Assembly (NCBI GenBank): GCA_030867685.1
Contig: JAQOWU010000001.1
Location: 124,001-188,000 of the forward strand
DNA length: 64,000 nucleotides
Direction of reading: 5' to 3'
From: Wickerhamiella versatilis
Lineage: Eukaryota
Shown: in pieces, positions 30,110 to 41,741 of the stretch
Numbering within the stretch: the stretch's first letter is position 1
Layout of the letters: each line of letters opens with the position of its first letter
Notes under the pieces: generated by a model
Databases searched by the model: none
Seen by the model: the letters and a program-made list of their open reading frames with translations, nothing else
What the model was told of the DNA's origin: nothing
Made by a program: the position numbers and the translations under genes

Positions 30110-32038
30110 ATGGATCGTGAGCCTCACCTGTACGCTACTGACAGGTATGAGGATGTAGCAGATGCCTTGAGAGCTGAAACAAGCAGCTTGAAACCAGGCG
30201 AGCTGTCTGAAAGTCCGGGTTTTAAGCTCTATGCGGCAATAAATGCTTTTGAGATCGGTAACCCTCGCATGGATACTGGAGCTAACTTCATACCATTAGA
30301 AAAACAATTGACCTGTGTACCATCAGTAGAAACTGAGAGTGATTGCCATTCACTCCTAAATATGCTTGTGGAACTCGAAATGTCTTGGCATGCCGGTCAT
30401 TCACCACTACAGACGTTGTTTGCATGCCCGCTGGTTGAAAAAGAAGCTATGGCTGTTGATCTCGATGATTTCGAAATCCACTCATGGGCTGATGTAGCAC
30501 GTGCCTATATTTTTACAACGATTCGCTCACTTGAGTTATGCTTTGAGCTTGCTGAGCAGGCTTACACCGTCATTTTCCCAGAGGAGGATCTTCATGTGGT
30601 GAGATACGACTACGGTATGATAATGAAGACACACCCCGCAGTATTCACCCACCTTATTGAGAAAAGTCAAAAGTTTGCCTCGAATCAAGGTTCCCATGCC
30701 ATACAGGAATTGCTTGCCCTACGGCTGGGGTGGTATAATATTGTGAAACAGCGAGTACCCAAAAAATTCGTACATGTAGACCGCTGTCTTCAGGCCCTCG
30801 ACCGACTCGTGGAGGCTAAAGACCCCGAAAAATTTTATGCTAACTTTGGGTTTTCCGAGGCCGTACAGTCTCGTGCCCCTAATGCATGTGTTGGACACAA
30901 GTTGAAACGTATGAGTCTTGACGAGGCGCGTGAGCAATGGAGGGGAATTCTTCGGGGAATTCGTGATTTTGAATCTGCATATCATATCACCAGATCTTCA
31001 GATTTACTCGGATTTTATTTAGTGTTCTCGTCCAAGCGCCAATTACCAATTGTGAGAGCTGTGGCTAGAAACCTCATTAGCTCACAGGGAGATCTATTGG
31101 GTACTAATGCTCGTATATGGGCAGCCAAAGACATTATGGAAACTAGCCTTCCTACCCTTGACGTAAAGAACAAGGTTTATGACACTTTCCTTGGGCAAGC
31201 CGCTCTTTGTTATGTTGACTTGCTAACATGCTTCAGTCAGAATCGATGCAGATTTCGCGAGTCCCTCAAAATTGCCGTGATTTCCTTTGATTCTCTTCAG
31301 GTAAGCGCTGCGCAAACCGATCAAATAGCCGCCGAACATGGGCTCGGAAAAAAACTAGGACAGCTACCAGCCATGGAACTGAGCGCCTGGGTATATTTTC
31401 GTAAATTGCAGATCATGATGTGGATAGTCCTCATCAGCTTCGAGACCGATATACTGCAGCCCGATGAATATGGATATTCCTACTGGTATGCTTTGCAGCT
31501 TTCCCAACGATTGGTGGAACAACTAGGTCGACTCCGCACTTACTTCGAACATTTAGGACACCGATCATCACCTGGTTATACTTATCTTTCGGCCCTCGAG
31601 CTCGAAGCCCAAACTCTTTTGCAGATGTGTACTGCCTTGTATTCGGTGTATGCTGCACTCGAGAAGTTGGGTGCTATTCGTAGTGTTGTTCAAACACCAC
31701 TTAGTTCACGGGAGATGCGGTACGCTCTGCGTTTCGCGGCCTTTGAGAGTGTTGGGGTCCCTGAGCAAGCGAAGTACAGCGAATACAACAAGGTTACGGA
31801 TCAGTTATCACCAGAACTCTGCTTTAAACTGGCCGATAATGCTGCTAAAGGTGCTCGTTCGCTTCTATCGACTTTGGCAAAAATCGCACAACCTAGTGAA
31901 GAACTTAATTTAATTAGGCGTTCAGCGGCTGGGCTTGGTATTGCTATCGCCACGTTACAATCGGGTAACTTTCAGAGTATCCGTATCCGTAGGGATGGAT
32001 ATCACTGGTACTTTCCTATTCCCGAACGCATTTCGTAG
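30110..32038 (+). CDS. MAK10: NatC auxiliary subunit Mak10/Naa35
   Basis: F.LY.AINAFEIGNPRMDTG, EMSWHAGHSPLQTLF, EEDL, QNRCRFRE, EYGYSYWY and YALRF. Confidence 0.9.
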   Translation: MDREPHLYATDRYEDVADALRAETSSLKPGELSESPGFKLYAAINAFEIGNPRMDTGANFIPLEKQLTCVPSVETESDCHSLLNMLVELEMSWHAGHSPLQTLFACPLVEKEAMAVDLDDFEIHSWADVARAYIFTTIRSLELCFELAEQAYTVIFPEEDLHVVRYDYGMIMKTHPAVFTHLIEKSQKFASNQGSHAIQELLALRLGWYNIVKQRVPKKFVHVDRCLQALDRLVEAKDPEKFYANFGFSEAVQSRAPNACVGHKLKRMSLDEAREQWRGILRGIRDFESAYHITRSSDLLGFYLVFSSKRQLPIVRAVARNLISSQGDLLGTNARIWAAKDIMETSLPTLDVKNKVYDTFLGQAALCYVDLLTCFSQNRCRFRESLKIAVISFDSLQVSAAQTDQIAAEHGLGKKLGQLPAMELSAWVYFRKLQIMMWIVLISFETDILQPDEYGYSYWYALQLSQRLVEQLGRLRTYFEHLGHRSSPGYTYLSALELEAQTLLQMCTALYSVYAALEKLGAIRSVVQTPLSSREMRYALRFAAFESVGVPEQAKYSEYNKVTDQLSPELCFKLADNAAKGARSLLSTLAKIAQPSEELNLIRRSAAGLGIAIATLQSGNFQSIRIRRDGYHWYFPIPERIS

Positions 32039-32063
32039 TCTCTCTATTCAACTAAGTCTGATT

Positions 32064-33209
32064 TTAAAGCTCATCAACGTGAGGAAGTATGTGAGTCTTA
32101 CCCACGACAGAAAGCACCTTTTTCCCTCCGGCAGCGACATTGGCAGCCGCCTTGATTGACGAGGCCGAGACGGAGGACAGATCAAGTGGTGTGAAGATAG
32201 GTGCAGACTCCGCTTGCGCAAACTTTGCCTGGGCAATAGCACGCGCCGCGACATCCGAACTGAGGCCCTCAGATCCAACCTTGGCAATTGAGGCACTGGC
32301 AAGCTTGGCAACCTCACCCACGGCAGCAGCATCGGCTCCGGTGAGTGTCACGGTGAAAAGAGCAGCATCACTGTAAACATGCTGCTGAACATTGACACTG
32401 ACATTCTTCTCATATGCTAGAGCATTCAGAAGACCAGTTCCTGGGGACCACTTCGTCGGCACAGAGGAAAGCACGTACTTGAGCGCCTCAAGGCAGGGAA
32501 GTGGCTTTTCAAGAGGGTAGGCAAGAACCGCAGATTGCGGACCGGCAGACTTTACCCGGGCCTCACCGCCATACAGGGAGGTTGCAGGAGACACGGGGCC
32601 AGCTCCAGCAGGAAGCTTGAAGAAGTCACCAACAAAACTTTCAAGGTCAGCAGTGTTTACGTTCTTAGCACCAATACTAACAGCTTCACCTGTGAAAGCC
32701 TTGGAGGCCAATTCCTTGATATCCTCGAGTGATACTGGTGTCTCAGGGGTTGCTACGAGTGAGTTGCCGAGTCCAGACCTGAATGCAACTTCGTGAGCAT
32801 TATCGAGAGCCACCGCCGCAGAATTACCTTTGAACTTATTATACTCCAACTTCGTCAAAGGAATAACTTCCTCTGTAAGTTGGTGGGGCTTGAAAAGTGG
32901 CTGGGTAAGCTGAGCGGCGAGAGCCTCAGTAAAATACGGTAAGTCTTCCCTTAGGAACTTAGCCGTAACAACAAGATCCTCGCGACCAAGCTTGGTACTA
33001 AGTCTACCACCAAGAAGCTCCGTTTCACGCTGCAAACGCAGACCACTGCGGAGGCCTGTGTCCTTAAGCACAAAGTTCTTCAGCACGTGTGAGGCACCTG
33101 GAACAGGTTCATAGCGACTGCCAGCCTTCAAGTGCAAAGAGATCTCCGACACACCGAGCTCTGTATCCGGCAGAACCTTCGTCGAGATTGAACGGGCCCC
33201 ACGAAGCAT
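32064..33209 (-). CDS. QCR2: Cytochrome bc1 core protein 2
   Basis: KAGSRYE..PGASHVL, RSGLRLQRETELLGG, AKFLREDLPYF and HEVAFRSGLGNSL; ends LPHVDEL. Confidence 0.95.
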   Translation of the reverse strand: MLRGARSISTKVLPDTELGVSEISLHLKAGSRYEPVPGASHVLKNFVLKDTGLRSGLRLQRETELLGGRLSTKLGREDLVVTAKFLREDLPYFTEALAAQLTQPLFKPHQLTEEVIPLTKLEYNKFKGNSAAVALDNAHEVAFRSGLGNSLVATPETPVSLEDIKELASKAFTGEAVSIGAKNVNTADLESFVGDFFKLPAGAGPVSPATSLYGGEARVKSAGPQSAVLAYPLEKPLPCLEALKYVLSSVPTKWSPGTGLLNALAYEKNVSVNVQQHVYSDAALFTVTLTGADAAAVGEVAKLASASIAKVGSEGLSSDVAARAIAQAKFAQAESAPIFTPLDLSSVSASSIKAAANVAAGGKKVLSVVGKTHILPHVDEL

Positions 33210-33230
33210 GTCAAGTGTATAATCACGGTG

Positions 33231-33240
33231 TGATTGGTCA
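33231..33240. promoter_or_regulatory. CCAAT box (Hap2/3/5 site) of QCR2
   Basis: TGATTGGTCA, 21 bp upstream of the ATG of a respiratory gene. Confidence 0.6.
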
Positions 33241-33730
33241 AGTACCTTTATCCCGTTAGTCAGCTGGGATCAGATCGCGAGTGGTTCAATGTGTGCAGAC
33301 CGAGGACGATACTCGGAAACATTATAGTCCAAGCATGGTGGATTTAAAATTTAGTAAAAAAATAAACCTGGCAGTATCAGCCATGGTTATTGTTATTAAT
33401 TTCATGTACTAGTATTTCTTAGTCTGCCTCCAATGTTGATTGCCGAAGACAGGGTGTACCTCGGCAATGCACGGGATATATTTACAGCTAATATGGATCC
33501 TCGCTGTTATCATATTCTCTCGTCAATAAGCATAGTACGGTTATTTGATGGTCACCCTAACCACCACGGTCCCATCTGGGCTAGGTAGTACCACTGTGTT
33601 TTTTTTACATTTTTTCTTCTGAATCTCATCGAGAATTGAGAGTTTCGTTACTGAAGAACTTAATATCGGCGCTCGTGTGACCTTGGCGTCTTAAATATTG
33701 AGCTGACAAAATTTTTGTCATCCTCTACTT

Positions 33731-35281
33731 ATGGCTACTCAGCCTTTTGTCGAGCTGGCATTCCGGCTGGTCCGGGATACATATGGGGATGCTGGTGCCC
33801 TTGTCATCAGGAAGCTTTTGACTTGTGGTGGTCTTACAGCTCCCGAGCTCGCAAAGAAACTAGAGGCACCGCCCTCTGCAGTTCTGCGGACCTTGGCTAT
33901 GCTTGTCCACTGCCGATTTGTCTTATGGTGGACAAAAGGTCGTAAAACGACTTTTTTTGCGGACGAATATGAGATTTATGCAATATTCTGGACTGGCCCT
34001 GTTCTTGCAACCTGGCCTGCCCATGAGAGTGTCTTGCGTCCCCTTCTCCTGGACAGAGGTATGAAACTGAGTGATTTTATTGAGAGACATGGGCATAAGG
34101 AGGAAATCATAATGTTAATTAATCACGGAGTATTATGGTCTGTCAGATCACACGATTTTTCACCGCGTACCGAGCTCATAGAACAGATCACAAAGGATCA
34201 ACAAAAGCTTTTAGCGAATGATCCTATGAAGATATCGTTATCGGAAACAGCCAAGCGGCAACAGATACAACAGAGTACTGCTATGGAAATTTCGAGGCTG
34301 CAGCGACGGGAAGAAATCTCTGAAGATGCATTTGTCGCGACTAACTGGAAAAAATATTTAATTCAAGCACTTATCAAGGATCTGGTGTCGATGGCAGCGC
34401 GGAAAGTAGGTGTGGCCTCTGCGAAAGTGTATGAAGCTCTGCTCACATCGTTCGAGCCCGCTTTATTCTCTCGGCAGGACACACGGATGATTTCCGCAGA
34501 TAATAGCGTCACCACGAGCTCCTTAATCGGGAAACTTGATATTGACGAATTAAAAAGTGCCTTCATTGAGGCAAATATTGTGGGAGAACCTCCACTCAAG
34601 AAAATTAAATCAGAAAACTCGAGTGCTCCAAAGACAGGTAATATTTCAAGTGTGGAAGCCGTCAACTTCCATCTGCGTCTTCTAGAGGAAACCAGTATAA
34701 GATTCTGTCATCGTGTCGGGGATCGAGGAAGCGGTGAGTGGTTTGTGAATTTTGAAGAAGTGTGTCAAAAATTGAAACAGGATACATTGGATTCGATTGT
34801 TCAGCAGTCATTTGGAGGGCCAGCGGCGCGTTTAGTTCGCTTAATCCGGTCTATTGGACGTATGGATGAAAAAATGATCACAAACAAGACTTTATTACCC
34901 TCAACAGACATTCGACACCATATGTCCACTCTGCACTTCTATGGTTTCGTAGATTGTCAGGAGGTCCCGCGTCCAAACGAGCGTAATGCACAAAAAAGGT
35001 CTTATTATTTATGGTACCATAGACCACAATGGGCGTACGTGAGAGTAACTGAGTGTCTTTACCAGCAGTTGTCTGATCTCTGTGACAATCTTTCCGATCT
35101 TCGTAAGGAATATTCTACATTGTTGACCAAGCTTGAACGAGAGGATGTCAGAAGCAATCTTGAAGAGTTTTTGACAGCAAAGGAGAAAGATGAGCTACTC
35201 CAGTTCAAAGAAAGGGAGCGCGAACTTATCGCTAAGCAGATGCTGATCGACCGATGTGTTAGAATCTTTCGTGACTACTAG
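33731..35281 (+). CDS. RPC82: RNA polymerase III subunit C82/RPC3
   Basis: Winged-helix N-terminus; FGGPAARLVRLI..GRMDEK, QEVPRPNER...YYLW and KLEREDV. Confidence 0.88.
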   Translation: MATQPFVELAFRLVRDTYGDAGALVIRKLLTCGGLTAPELAKKLEAPPSAVLRTLAMLVHCRFVLWWTKGRKTTFFADEYEIYAIFWTGPVLATWPAHESVLRPLLLDRGMKLSDFIERHGHKEEIIMLINHGVLWSVRSHDFSPRTELIEQITKDQQKLLANDPMKISLSETAKRQQIQQSTAMEISRLQRREEISEDAFVATNWKKYLIQALIKDLVSMAARKVGVASAKVYEALLTSFEPALFSRQDTRMISADNSVTTSSLIGKLDIDELKSAFIEANIVGEPPLKKIKSENSSAPKTGNISSVEAVNFHLRLLEETSIRFCHRVGDRGSGEWFVNFEEVCQKLKQDTLDSIVQQSFGGPAARLVRLIRSIGRMDEKMITNKTLLPSTDIRHHMSTLHFYGFVDCQEVPRPNERNAQKRSYYLWYHRPQWAYVRVTECLYQQLSDLCDNLSDLRKEYSTLLTKLEREDVRSNLEEFLTAKEKDELLQFKERERELIAKQMLIDRCVRIFRDY

Positions 35282-35324
35282 ACTTGTTGTATTTATAAAC
35301 TATATGTATATTTAGCACATGCAT

Positions 35325-37325
35325 TTAAAGATCAATGTGTCTATTAGACCAAAACGGCTTGGTATCGTAAGTTTGAGGCGGCTTCTCAACAACGACAAGG
35401 TCCCCATCTAAAATTCCTGCAAAGAAAAGCGGTCGGTATTGTGTTGTCAACCAGAAGTTACCCGCATCCAATCCACTTTCGTTGTCATTTTCATCCTCTG
35501 CGTCGCTTTCGTCATCAGAGTTTGCGCGGCGTTTGTTCTTTGGCTTGGGTTCTGCAAGGCTAGCAAAATCCAGCAATGCTAGCCAGCGCGGACCCCATAA
35601 CCAAAGGCGACGAGAATCTGCGAAATCAGGGAAAAGTCCCAAACAAACAGTTGTCTGTTTTGTTAACTTACTCGGAAGATGAGAGGAGTGTTTTCTTGAC
35701 CAAAGTGTAAGCATCAATTGATTAACATCAAATTCCCATATCTCCATATCGATAGTAGCTACAACAAGATTCTCCTTTGTTCGCCATCCTATTGCCGTGA
35801 TGGTATTTGGTAGAGCGGGTAAAGAGCCAACGTGACGTGCTGTGCTCACCTCATACAGTTCAATTAGTCGACCACGCTTCGCTGCTGCCACCAGTACACC
35901 ATCAGGGCTGGGCTGTATCATATTAATGGCATTTAAAGGTCCAGGGGCAGATCTAAGATCTGGTGGCTCATCGAATTCACTAGTTTGACAACCATCAGTT
36001 GAGACGTTGAGAAGAAGAAGGGTGCTGTCGACAGTAACAAGAACGGCATGTTTGTTATCCCCAACAGGTTTTATAACTTTGCCACCAGGAATCTTGGAGT
36101 CAAGAGGTTCTACTTGGTTGTCATGAATTTTGAATTGTCGAGTGCTCTCTGGGGTTGTGATAAGAACAGATGACCCTATTAATGCACATCCACTAATGTA
36201 CTCATCACCAGAAACTTTCATTTCGAGTACAAGCTTTCTCGTAGGCTTCAAAGACCATAAGCGCATTGTTCTGTCATGCCATTCTACCAAATACCCAGAT
36301 TGAATATCAATAGAAGGCGGAGTTTTTGAAAAAGGAGCTCGATGATGAGATTGTGGTCGGACAAAGTCCGTACTTGATACAACAAAGGTATTATCCTTAC
36401 CACCAGCTACCAGATAATCTGCATGATAACCATCGTACAGCGCCATTGCTCGAATATCATGCGAGTGAGCAACTTGACTATTCATGATTGTCCATTTGTG
36501 TTTCTTTGGATCAGTCATGCGTGTGCAAACAACCTTCTGGTCAAGACCCGAAGAGAAAAGCGTTTCTCTTTGCGCATCTGTAGCAAGACACAGAATATCT
36601 GCCTCATGTGCCTGAAGGCTTTGTTGCAAGGCCAAGTTCCGACCATCCCAGGTCTTGAGCGTTCCATTAGAATCTCCAGAAACAATTTGTTCGCCAGCAA
36701 GAGTTTTTACAGCCCATACAATAGTTCCCTCGCCTGAGCGGCTTTTATCCACCTTCATAGTTCCAATAATGCGCCCATTTTTCAAGGACCATACTCGTAA
36801 CCGAGCATCTGCCCCACCAGCAACAATCTCTTCATCATTCTTCCATGTAATGCTTGCTAGGCTTGCATCACAGGACTGGAGACGCTTGGCAACTTCAATC
36901 TCCCCACCTGATACATCAAGAACCACAACAGATCCTGATTCACAGGCAGCTGCTATGAATTGCCCATTAGGACTTGGATCAAGTGCCCAAATAGCACCCG
37001 CATCCAATCGAAAATTTCTAGCCGGACGACCAGTGAATAAATTCCACTCAGTTATACTGTCTGACGCACCACAGCTAAATAGCCGGCCTTGGCACCAGGT
37101 GAGATCTTCGATTTCACGACCCTCAGCTCCTGGTAGCACAAATTCCAATGTCCAACGTCTAGTTAGCCAAATTTCGATATCGCCATTTGACCTACCAACG
37201 GCCAGTCTCAGATCATGATGCTGAGGTTCTTGAGGGCCCGGACTTTCATGGTTGAAAGCCAGCGCTGTAACAGCAGGGCGATTACAATTCACAAATCTGC
37301 AACGATGGACCTTTATCTGTGACAT
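35325..37325 (-). CDS. UTP4: SSU processome WD40 protein Utp4
   Basis: KVHRCRFV...ALAF...LAVGRSNGDIEIW; C-terminal FWLTTQYRPL...LVVVEKP. ATG at 37325. Confidence 0.92.
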   Translation of the reverse strand: MSQIKVHRCRFVNCNRPAVTALAFNHESPGPQEPQHHDLRLAVGRSNGDIEIWLTRRWTLEFVLPGAEGREIEDLTWCQGRLFSCGASDSITEWNLFTGRPARNFRLDAGAIWALDPSPNGQFIAAACESGSVVVLDVSGGEIEVAKRLQSCDASLASITWKNDEEIVAGGADARLRVWSLKNGRIIGTMKVDKSRSGEGTIVWAVKTLAGEQIVSGDSNGTLKTWDGRNLALQQSLQAHEADILCLATDAQRETLFSSGLDQKVVCTRMTDPKKHKWTIMNSQVAHSHDIRAMALYDGYHADYLVAGGKDNTFVVSSTDFVRPQSHHRAPFSKTPPSIDIQSGYLVEWHDRTMRLWSLKPTRKLVLEMKVSGDEYISGCALIGSSVLITTPESTRQFKIHDNQVEPLDSKIPGGKVIKPVGDNKHAVLVTVDSTLLLLNVSTDGCQTSEFDEPPDLRSAPGPLNAINMIQPSPDGVLVAAAKRGRLIELYEVSTARHVGSLPALPNTITAIGWRTKENLVVATIDMEIWEFDVNQLMLTLWSRKHSSHLPSKLTKQTTVCLGLFPDFADSRRLWLWGPRWLALLDFASLAEPKPKNKRRANSDDESDAEDENDNESGLDAGNFWLTTQYRPLFFAGILDGDLVVVEKPPQTYDTKPFWSNRHIDL

Positions 37326-37710
37326 CCTTTCAAACAAGCCCTTGGCTTAAGGTCCTCCCCGACTGAAGTTGCAAAAAATATTATGTAATATTTCTGGATT
37401 TTATCACGGACCTCATGGTCACTCACGCCTGTGCTAGAAAGTCTTCTGGGGTAAGTGAATTTTTAAAAACTAACCATGAACTGATTTAAAGTGGAAAACG
37501 AGGGTATTCATATAAGATTTTGCAACTAGTTAGCTGCCTACTAAGAATTGGCGTACCCAAGGCCATCTGATAGACAAAGAAGCCCATTCGAGCGATATAT
37601 ATATTCTCTATTAGCCGATATCTCTTGTAAACTTTTGTTTTAGATTGCTGAACTGTCTGCGTGATGCCACCATATTTCAACCGTCCACGATGTTTACTTA
37701 TTATATAATC

Positions 37711-40128
37711 ATGGATGCGCGTATATCAAGTGTATTTGACCGAGCCCAAACTTCGAAGTCAGTTCATGGGACACAGGCTAAGGTACTAAGGCGCATTCAC
37801 CAGGATGTAATCTCTCAAGGCTCAGAGCCTGAATTTGATCTCGCGTTTCTGCGATGTTGCACACATTTTTTACAAGCTGAGCGCCTTCATCGAGGGGCAG
37901 ACAACATTGCGTCTTTTCTAGAGTTATATGGTACACAACTAGCCCAATCTGAGGACGAAGTTTGGAGCGAATTCTTGGAACGAATCCTCCTTACCGTCTT
38001 ACCTGGATTTCAGGCAAGTTCAAAGACAGTGCGACTCCGATCTGCTCAGCTGGTGCGAGCCTTTGCCCTCAACCTCACTGATGAGACATACGCGAAGCTT
38101 TGTCGAGAATTATTGGAAAGACTTCGGGATCGTGATCCACATGTGAGGCGAGAGATGTGTCTTCTCGCTTCAAATATTGTTGGAAGCGAGGAAGAATTCG
38201 ACGAAGCCGCGAAAAGTATTGCAGATGAGCTCATTGAACGGTCTGACCGTGATCCATCGGCCGAGGTCCGGCGCAGAGCGGCAACAAATGTGCCAATGCG
38301 CCGTGAATATTTAAACAAGGCATTTCGTCGTGTTCGAGATGTCAATCATACCAACCGGGTGGCCATGCTAAAGTTTCTAAATCGTATCGAAGACTTCCGT
38401 GTGCTCAGCATTGAAACTCGAGAAAACATCCTAAAATCAGGGCTTTGGGATAGCTCAGAGGACATTCGCAGATTAGCTGCCCTAGTTTTTCGCAAAATAT
38501 GGTTGCGTCAAGTTGACAACGACCTGATAGAATTGCTTATTCGTCTGGATGTTCCGAACTCCCAAGTGATCACTCGTGAGGCTTTGCGTACACTTTTCGA
38601 TGCTAAGCAAGAAGTGCTGAGCGACTTCGTATTCGGCGAGGAGTATTGGTCCCGTCTCGGTCCGGAAACTGCCTTCCTACTTCGATGTTTCTTCGAATAT
38701 TGTAAAGACAAAGGTCTAGAGGAACTGTGTGATGATCGAATGCCTGTACTTTCCTTCCTTGCAAGCGAAATTGGACGGTTTTGGCAAGCCTGTCTTGCGG
38801 CGGAAGCCCCTGAGCAAGCTAGCAACTTACATTTTGTTGTGCTACAACTGCTTGGCGTGGCGCGTCGCTACGATTTTGGAGATGAAGCAGGCCGTCGACA
38901 TTTGACCGAGATTCTCACTGACATACTGGTTAGCAGAAACCCACCTCCCTTGGCAGTTGTAGAGGCTTGCATGTGCATATTCAAAGACATGGCAGAATCT
39001 ACATCTCAATTTGTATTGCAAACCAGTTATCTGGTGAATGACATGTGGGACATTGACTTTGCCACTCAACAAGTCACAGACGCATTTGGGGCGACTCTCG
39101 ATATAATAGAAAGCCTCTTGCGTCTCCTAACAGAACCCTTGGATACTGTTACATACCCTGTTGTAAACGGCATGATTGAAAACCCCGTACGGCACGCTTT
39201 GGAATCGCCTATCGAAGACATGTTTCTGCAGGGTCGTAGGATCGAGGGGCTTCTGGCACTGGTTAGTCCAACTCAGGCAGAGGAGATATTTGACGAGTTC
39301 TCTGGGTCTCTCAGAGGGCTTGTAAGAGATCCTGGTTCTTCGGCAAAAGAGTTAACTGTCTACGTGTATGCCCTCACTGATATGCTACTTACTTATGAAG
39401 ACCTTTCGGTAACTAAGTGTGCTAGTGAGTTCATAGAACTACTTCAGCATGACGATGATCCTGAAGTTCAAGCAACGGCATGTTTATCTGTGGCCAAATT
39501 ATATCTCAGTGCGAGATTAACAAACCCTTCACAACTGAAAGAGCTCATGAAGGTTTACTTTGCTGCTTCTGCAAGAAACGAACCAGCCTACAATAAGATT
39601 AAGCAGCAGCTTACCGTTTTTGCGAATTCGTTCGCAGTCCGGACCGAAAATCATGAAATACTGGCCGAGATGGCTGTTGACCTATTCCTCTGGATCTCGG
39701 AAAATCCAGAAGAAGTAAATATCAAGCCACAGTTTGCATTAGATATGTTTATTGAGCTGAGTACTGATGATGACCATAAGGCACATGCCTTGCTTGCAGA
39801 TTTAATCCTTGTAGCTCTGGAACGTGGGCGCGACGATCTTCCTAGAACTACCTGTGTTTCATTGGTAACCGCATTGAATCGTCTGCAACTTGACCCTAAG
39901 ATGGAGCCTTACCTTGTACGTGAGCTGTTAAGACGTATTCCGGACCTTTCAGAGGAACCTGTCAGTCTTCAGAAGCCCTATGCAAGGTTTAAATGTACTC
40001 TCGAGTCGATGCTTTCCGGCAACGTATCCGTACCATCCGAAGCCAACCAAAATACTGACGTTCTCAACGATATTCAGGATGATGGATCGTCGTCGAGCGA
40101 CATTGCTGAAGATGCCGCTGATGATTAG
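37711..40128 (+). CDS. YCG1: Condensin HEAT subunit Ycg1/CAP-G
   Basis: VFDRAQTS..H, K.VRLRS.QL, DPSAEVRR, R.RDV and YDFGDEAGRR. Confidence 0.88.
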   Translation: MDARISSVFDRAQTSKSVHGTQAKVLRRIHQDVISQGSEPEFDLAFLRCCTHFLQAERLHRGADNIASFLELYGTQLAQSEDEVWSEFLERILLTVLPGFQASSKTVRLRSAQLVRAFALNLTDETYAKLCRELLERLRDRDPHVRREMCLLASNIVGSEEEFDEAAKSIADELIERSDRDPSAEVRRRAATNVPMRREYLNKAFRRVRDVNHTNRVAMLKFLNRIEDFRVLSIETRENILKSGLWDSSEDIRRLAALVFRKIWLRQVDNDLIELLIRLDVPNSQVITREALRTLFDAKQEVLSDFVFGEEYWSRLGPETAFLLRCFFEYCKDKGLEELCDDRMPVLSFLASEIGRFWQACLAAEAPEQASNLHFVVLQLLGVARRYDFGDEAGRRHLTEILTDILVSRNPPPLAVVEACMCIFKDMAESTSQFVLQTSYLVNDMWDIDFATQQVTDAFGATLDIIESLLRLLTEPLDTVTYPVVNGMIENPVRHALESPIEDMFLQGRRIEGLLALVSPTQAEEIFDEFSGSLRGLVRDPGSSAKELTVYVYALTDMLLTYEDLSVTKCASEFIELLQHDDDPEVQATACLSVAKLYLSARLTNPSQLKELMKVYFAASARNEPAYNKIKQQLTVFANSFAVRTENHEILAEMAVDLFLWISENPEEVNIKPQFALDMFIELSTDDDHKAHALLADLILVALERGRDDLPRTTCVSLVTALNRLQLDPKMEPYLVRELLRRIPDLSEEPVSLQKPYARFKCTLESMLSGNVSVPSEANQNTDVLNDIQDDGSSSSDIAEDAADD

Positions 40129-40411
40129 ACATTGAAATAATATAACAATTAAGACAATAAATTGTTGATGCTGCTTCTTGAAGCATTAACGATCCTAAAT
40201 CATATCGATAAAGAAATTCAAATCTACCACAGTTGCTAGATTAAAAAACATTAACCCTCGGAAATTTCTGCGATATTTTCACGGGAAATCGTTAACTAGG
40301 TACGAAGAATCTGCGAGTTCCATAAACCCACACTCATCATGTCTTGCATACATACAGAACAGTAGTAACCCAATTTGGGTTGATTGGTAATCCACATTCC
40401 TCTTTGGTGAA

Positions 40412-41545
40412 ATGACGGAAAACGACATCAAGCTTGCCCCAAAAGATTTTCAAAAGGATGCTGAGTTTTCACGGGCTCTGCATGGTGATGGTAGCAAGCA
40501 AGGTATTCGTGCCTATGTAGGTAAGGATCGTGATGCGCATGAAGCCGCGTTGGAAGGTTATTTCAAACACTGGGAACGCGACGCGACCACCCAAACAGCG
40601 GAAGATGAGCAGCAGCGACTTGACGACTACAGCAGCCTCACGAAACATTACTATAATTTGGTAACGGATTTTTATGAGTATGGATGGGGTTCAAGCTTCC
40701 ACTTCTCCCGCTACTACAAGGGCGAGCCTTTCCGTCAAGCCAGTGCTCGCCATGAACACTATCTTGCTGCGTCTATGGGTCTTAAGCCTGGCATGCGCGT
40801 CCTCGACGTAGGCTGTGGTGTTGGCGGTCCAGCAAGAGAAATCGCCAGATTCACTGGCTGCAATGTTGTGGGCTTGAATAACAATGACTATCAAATCTCA
40901 AGAGCTAACCTATGGGCTCAGAGAAATAATATGGCCAATCAATTACACTTTGTCAAAGGGGACTTTATGCAGATGGACTTTCCTGATGCGAGCTTTGATG
41001 CTGTGTATGCCATTGAGGCCACCGTGCACGCACCAAGGCTTGAAGGTGTATACGGTGAAATATATCGGGTTTTAAAGCCTGGTGGTACTTTCGGTGTCTA
41101 TGAATGGGTGCTCACAGACAAATTCGATGAGGAAAATCCTTACCATCGTGAAGTAGCCTATGGAATCGAAGTTGGTGATGGTATCCCAAAGATGTACAAA
41201 CGTGAGGTTGCTGAAGAGGCTCTTCGTAAGGTGGGATTCAACATTGAGGTTGTGCGCGACCTTGCAGATACTGGTGATGAAATTCCTTGGTGGTACCCAC
41301 TTTCTGGCGACTGGAGATACGTTCAAACATTTGGTGATCTTTTTACCTTCTTCCGCACCTCCACTTTAGGTAGATATCTTACAACGCAGGGCACTGGCTT
41401 GTTGGAGAAGCTGGGTATTGCTCCAAAGGGTTCACGCAAGGTAACGGAGGCTCTCGAACAGGCTGCCGTCCATCTTGTAAATGGCGGCCGGGATGGTCTA
41501 TTTACACCTATGTTGCTGTTTGTCTGCAAAAAACCTGAAATATAA
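40412..41545 (+). CDS. ERG6: Sterol 24-C-methyltransferase
   Basis: [34 protein letters not shown] and [10 protein letters not shown]. Confidence 0.98.
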   Translation: MTENDIKLAPKDFQKDAEFSRALHGDGSKQGIRAYVGKDRDAHEAALEGYFKHWERDATTQTAEDEQQRLDDYSSLTKHYYNLVTDFYEYGWGSSFHFSRYYKGEPFRQASARHEHYLAASMGLKPGMRVLDVGCGVGGPAREIARFTGCNVVGLNNNDYQISRANLWAQRNNMANQLHFVKGDFMQMDFPDASFDAVYAIEATVHAPRLEGVYGEIYRVLKPGGTFGVYEWVLTDKFDEENPYHREVAYGIEVGDGIPKMYKREVAEEALRKVGFNIEVVRDLADTGDEIPWWYPLSGDWRYVQTFGDLFTFFRTSTLGRYLTTQGTGLLEKLGIAPKGSRKVTEALEQAAVHLVNGGRDGLFTPMLLFVCKKPEI

Positions 41546-41741
41546 GTAGCTGCATACGCTAAGTGATAATGGCCAATGTACAAATATAATATGAACTTCT
41601 GTATTCTCTGTGTGATGCACAAGGACAAAAGACAAGTAACAATGTTGGAGTCACAGCAAAATTCTATTAATCCAGAAACATAGGCATGACTTAGACTGAG
41701 TCAACTAAAGCAGTTAAACTAAGAAAATTAAAAACGTGAAT

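Noticed and set aside
33439..33468. 8-bp inverted repeat ATTGCCGA...TCGGCAAT between QCR2 and RPC82
   Set aside because: Short enough to arise by chance; no transposon context.
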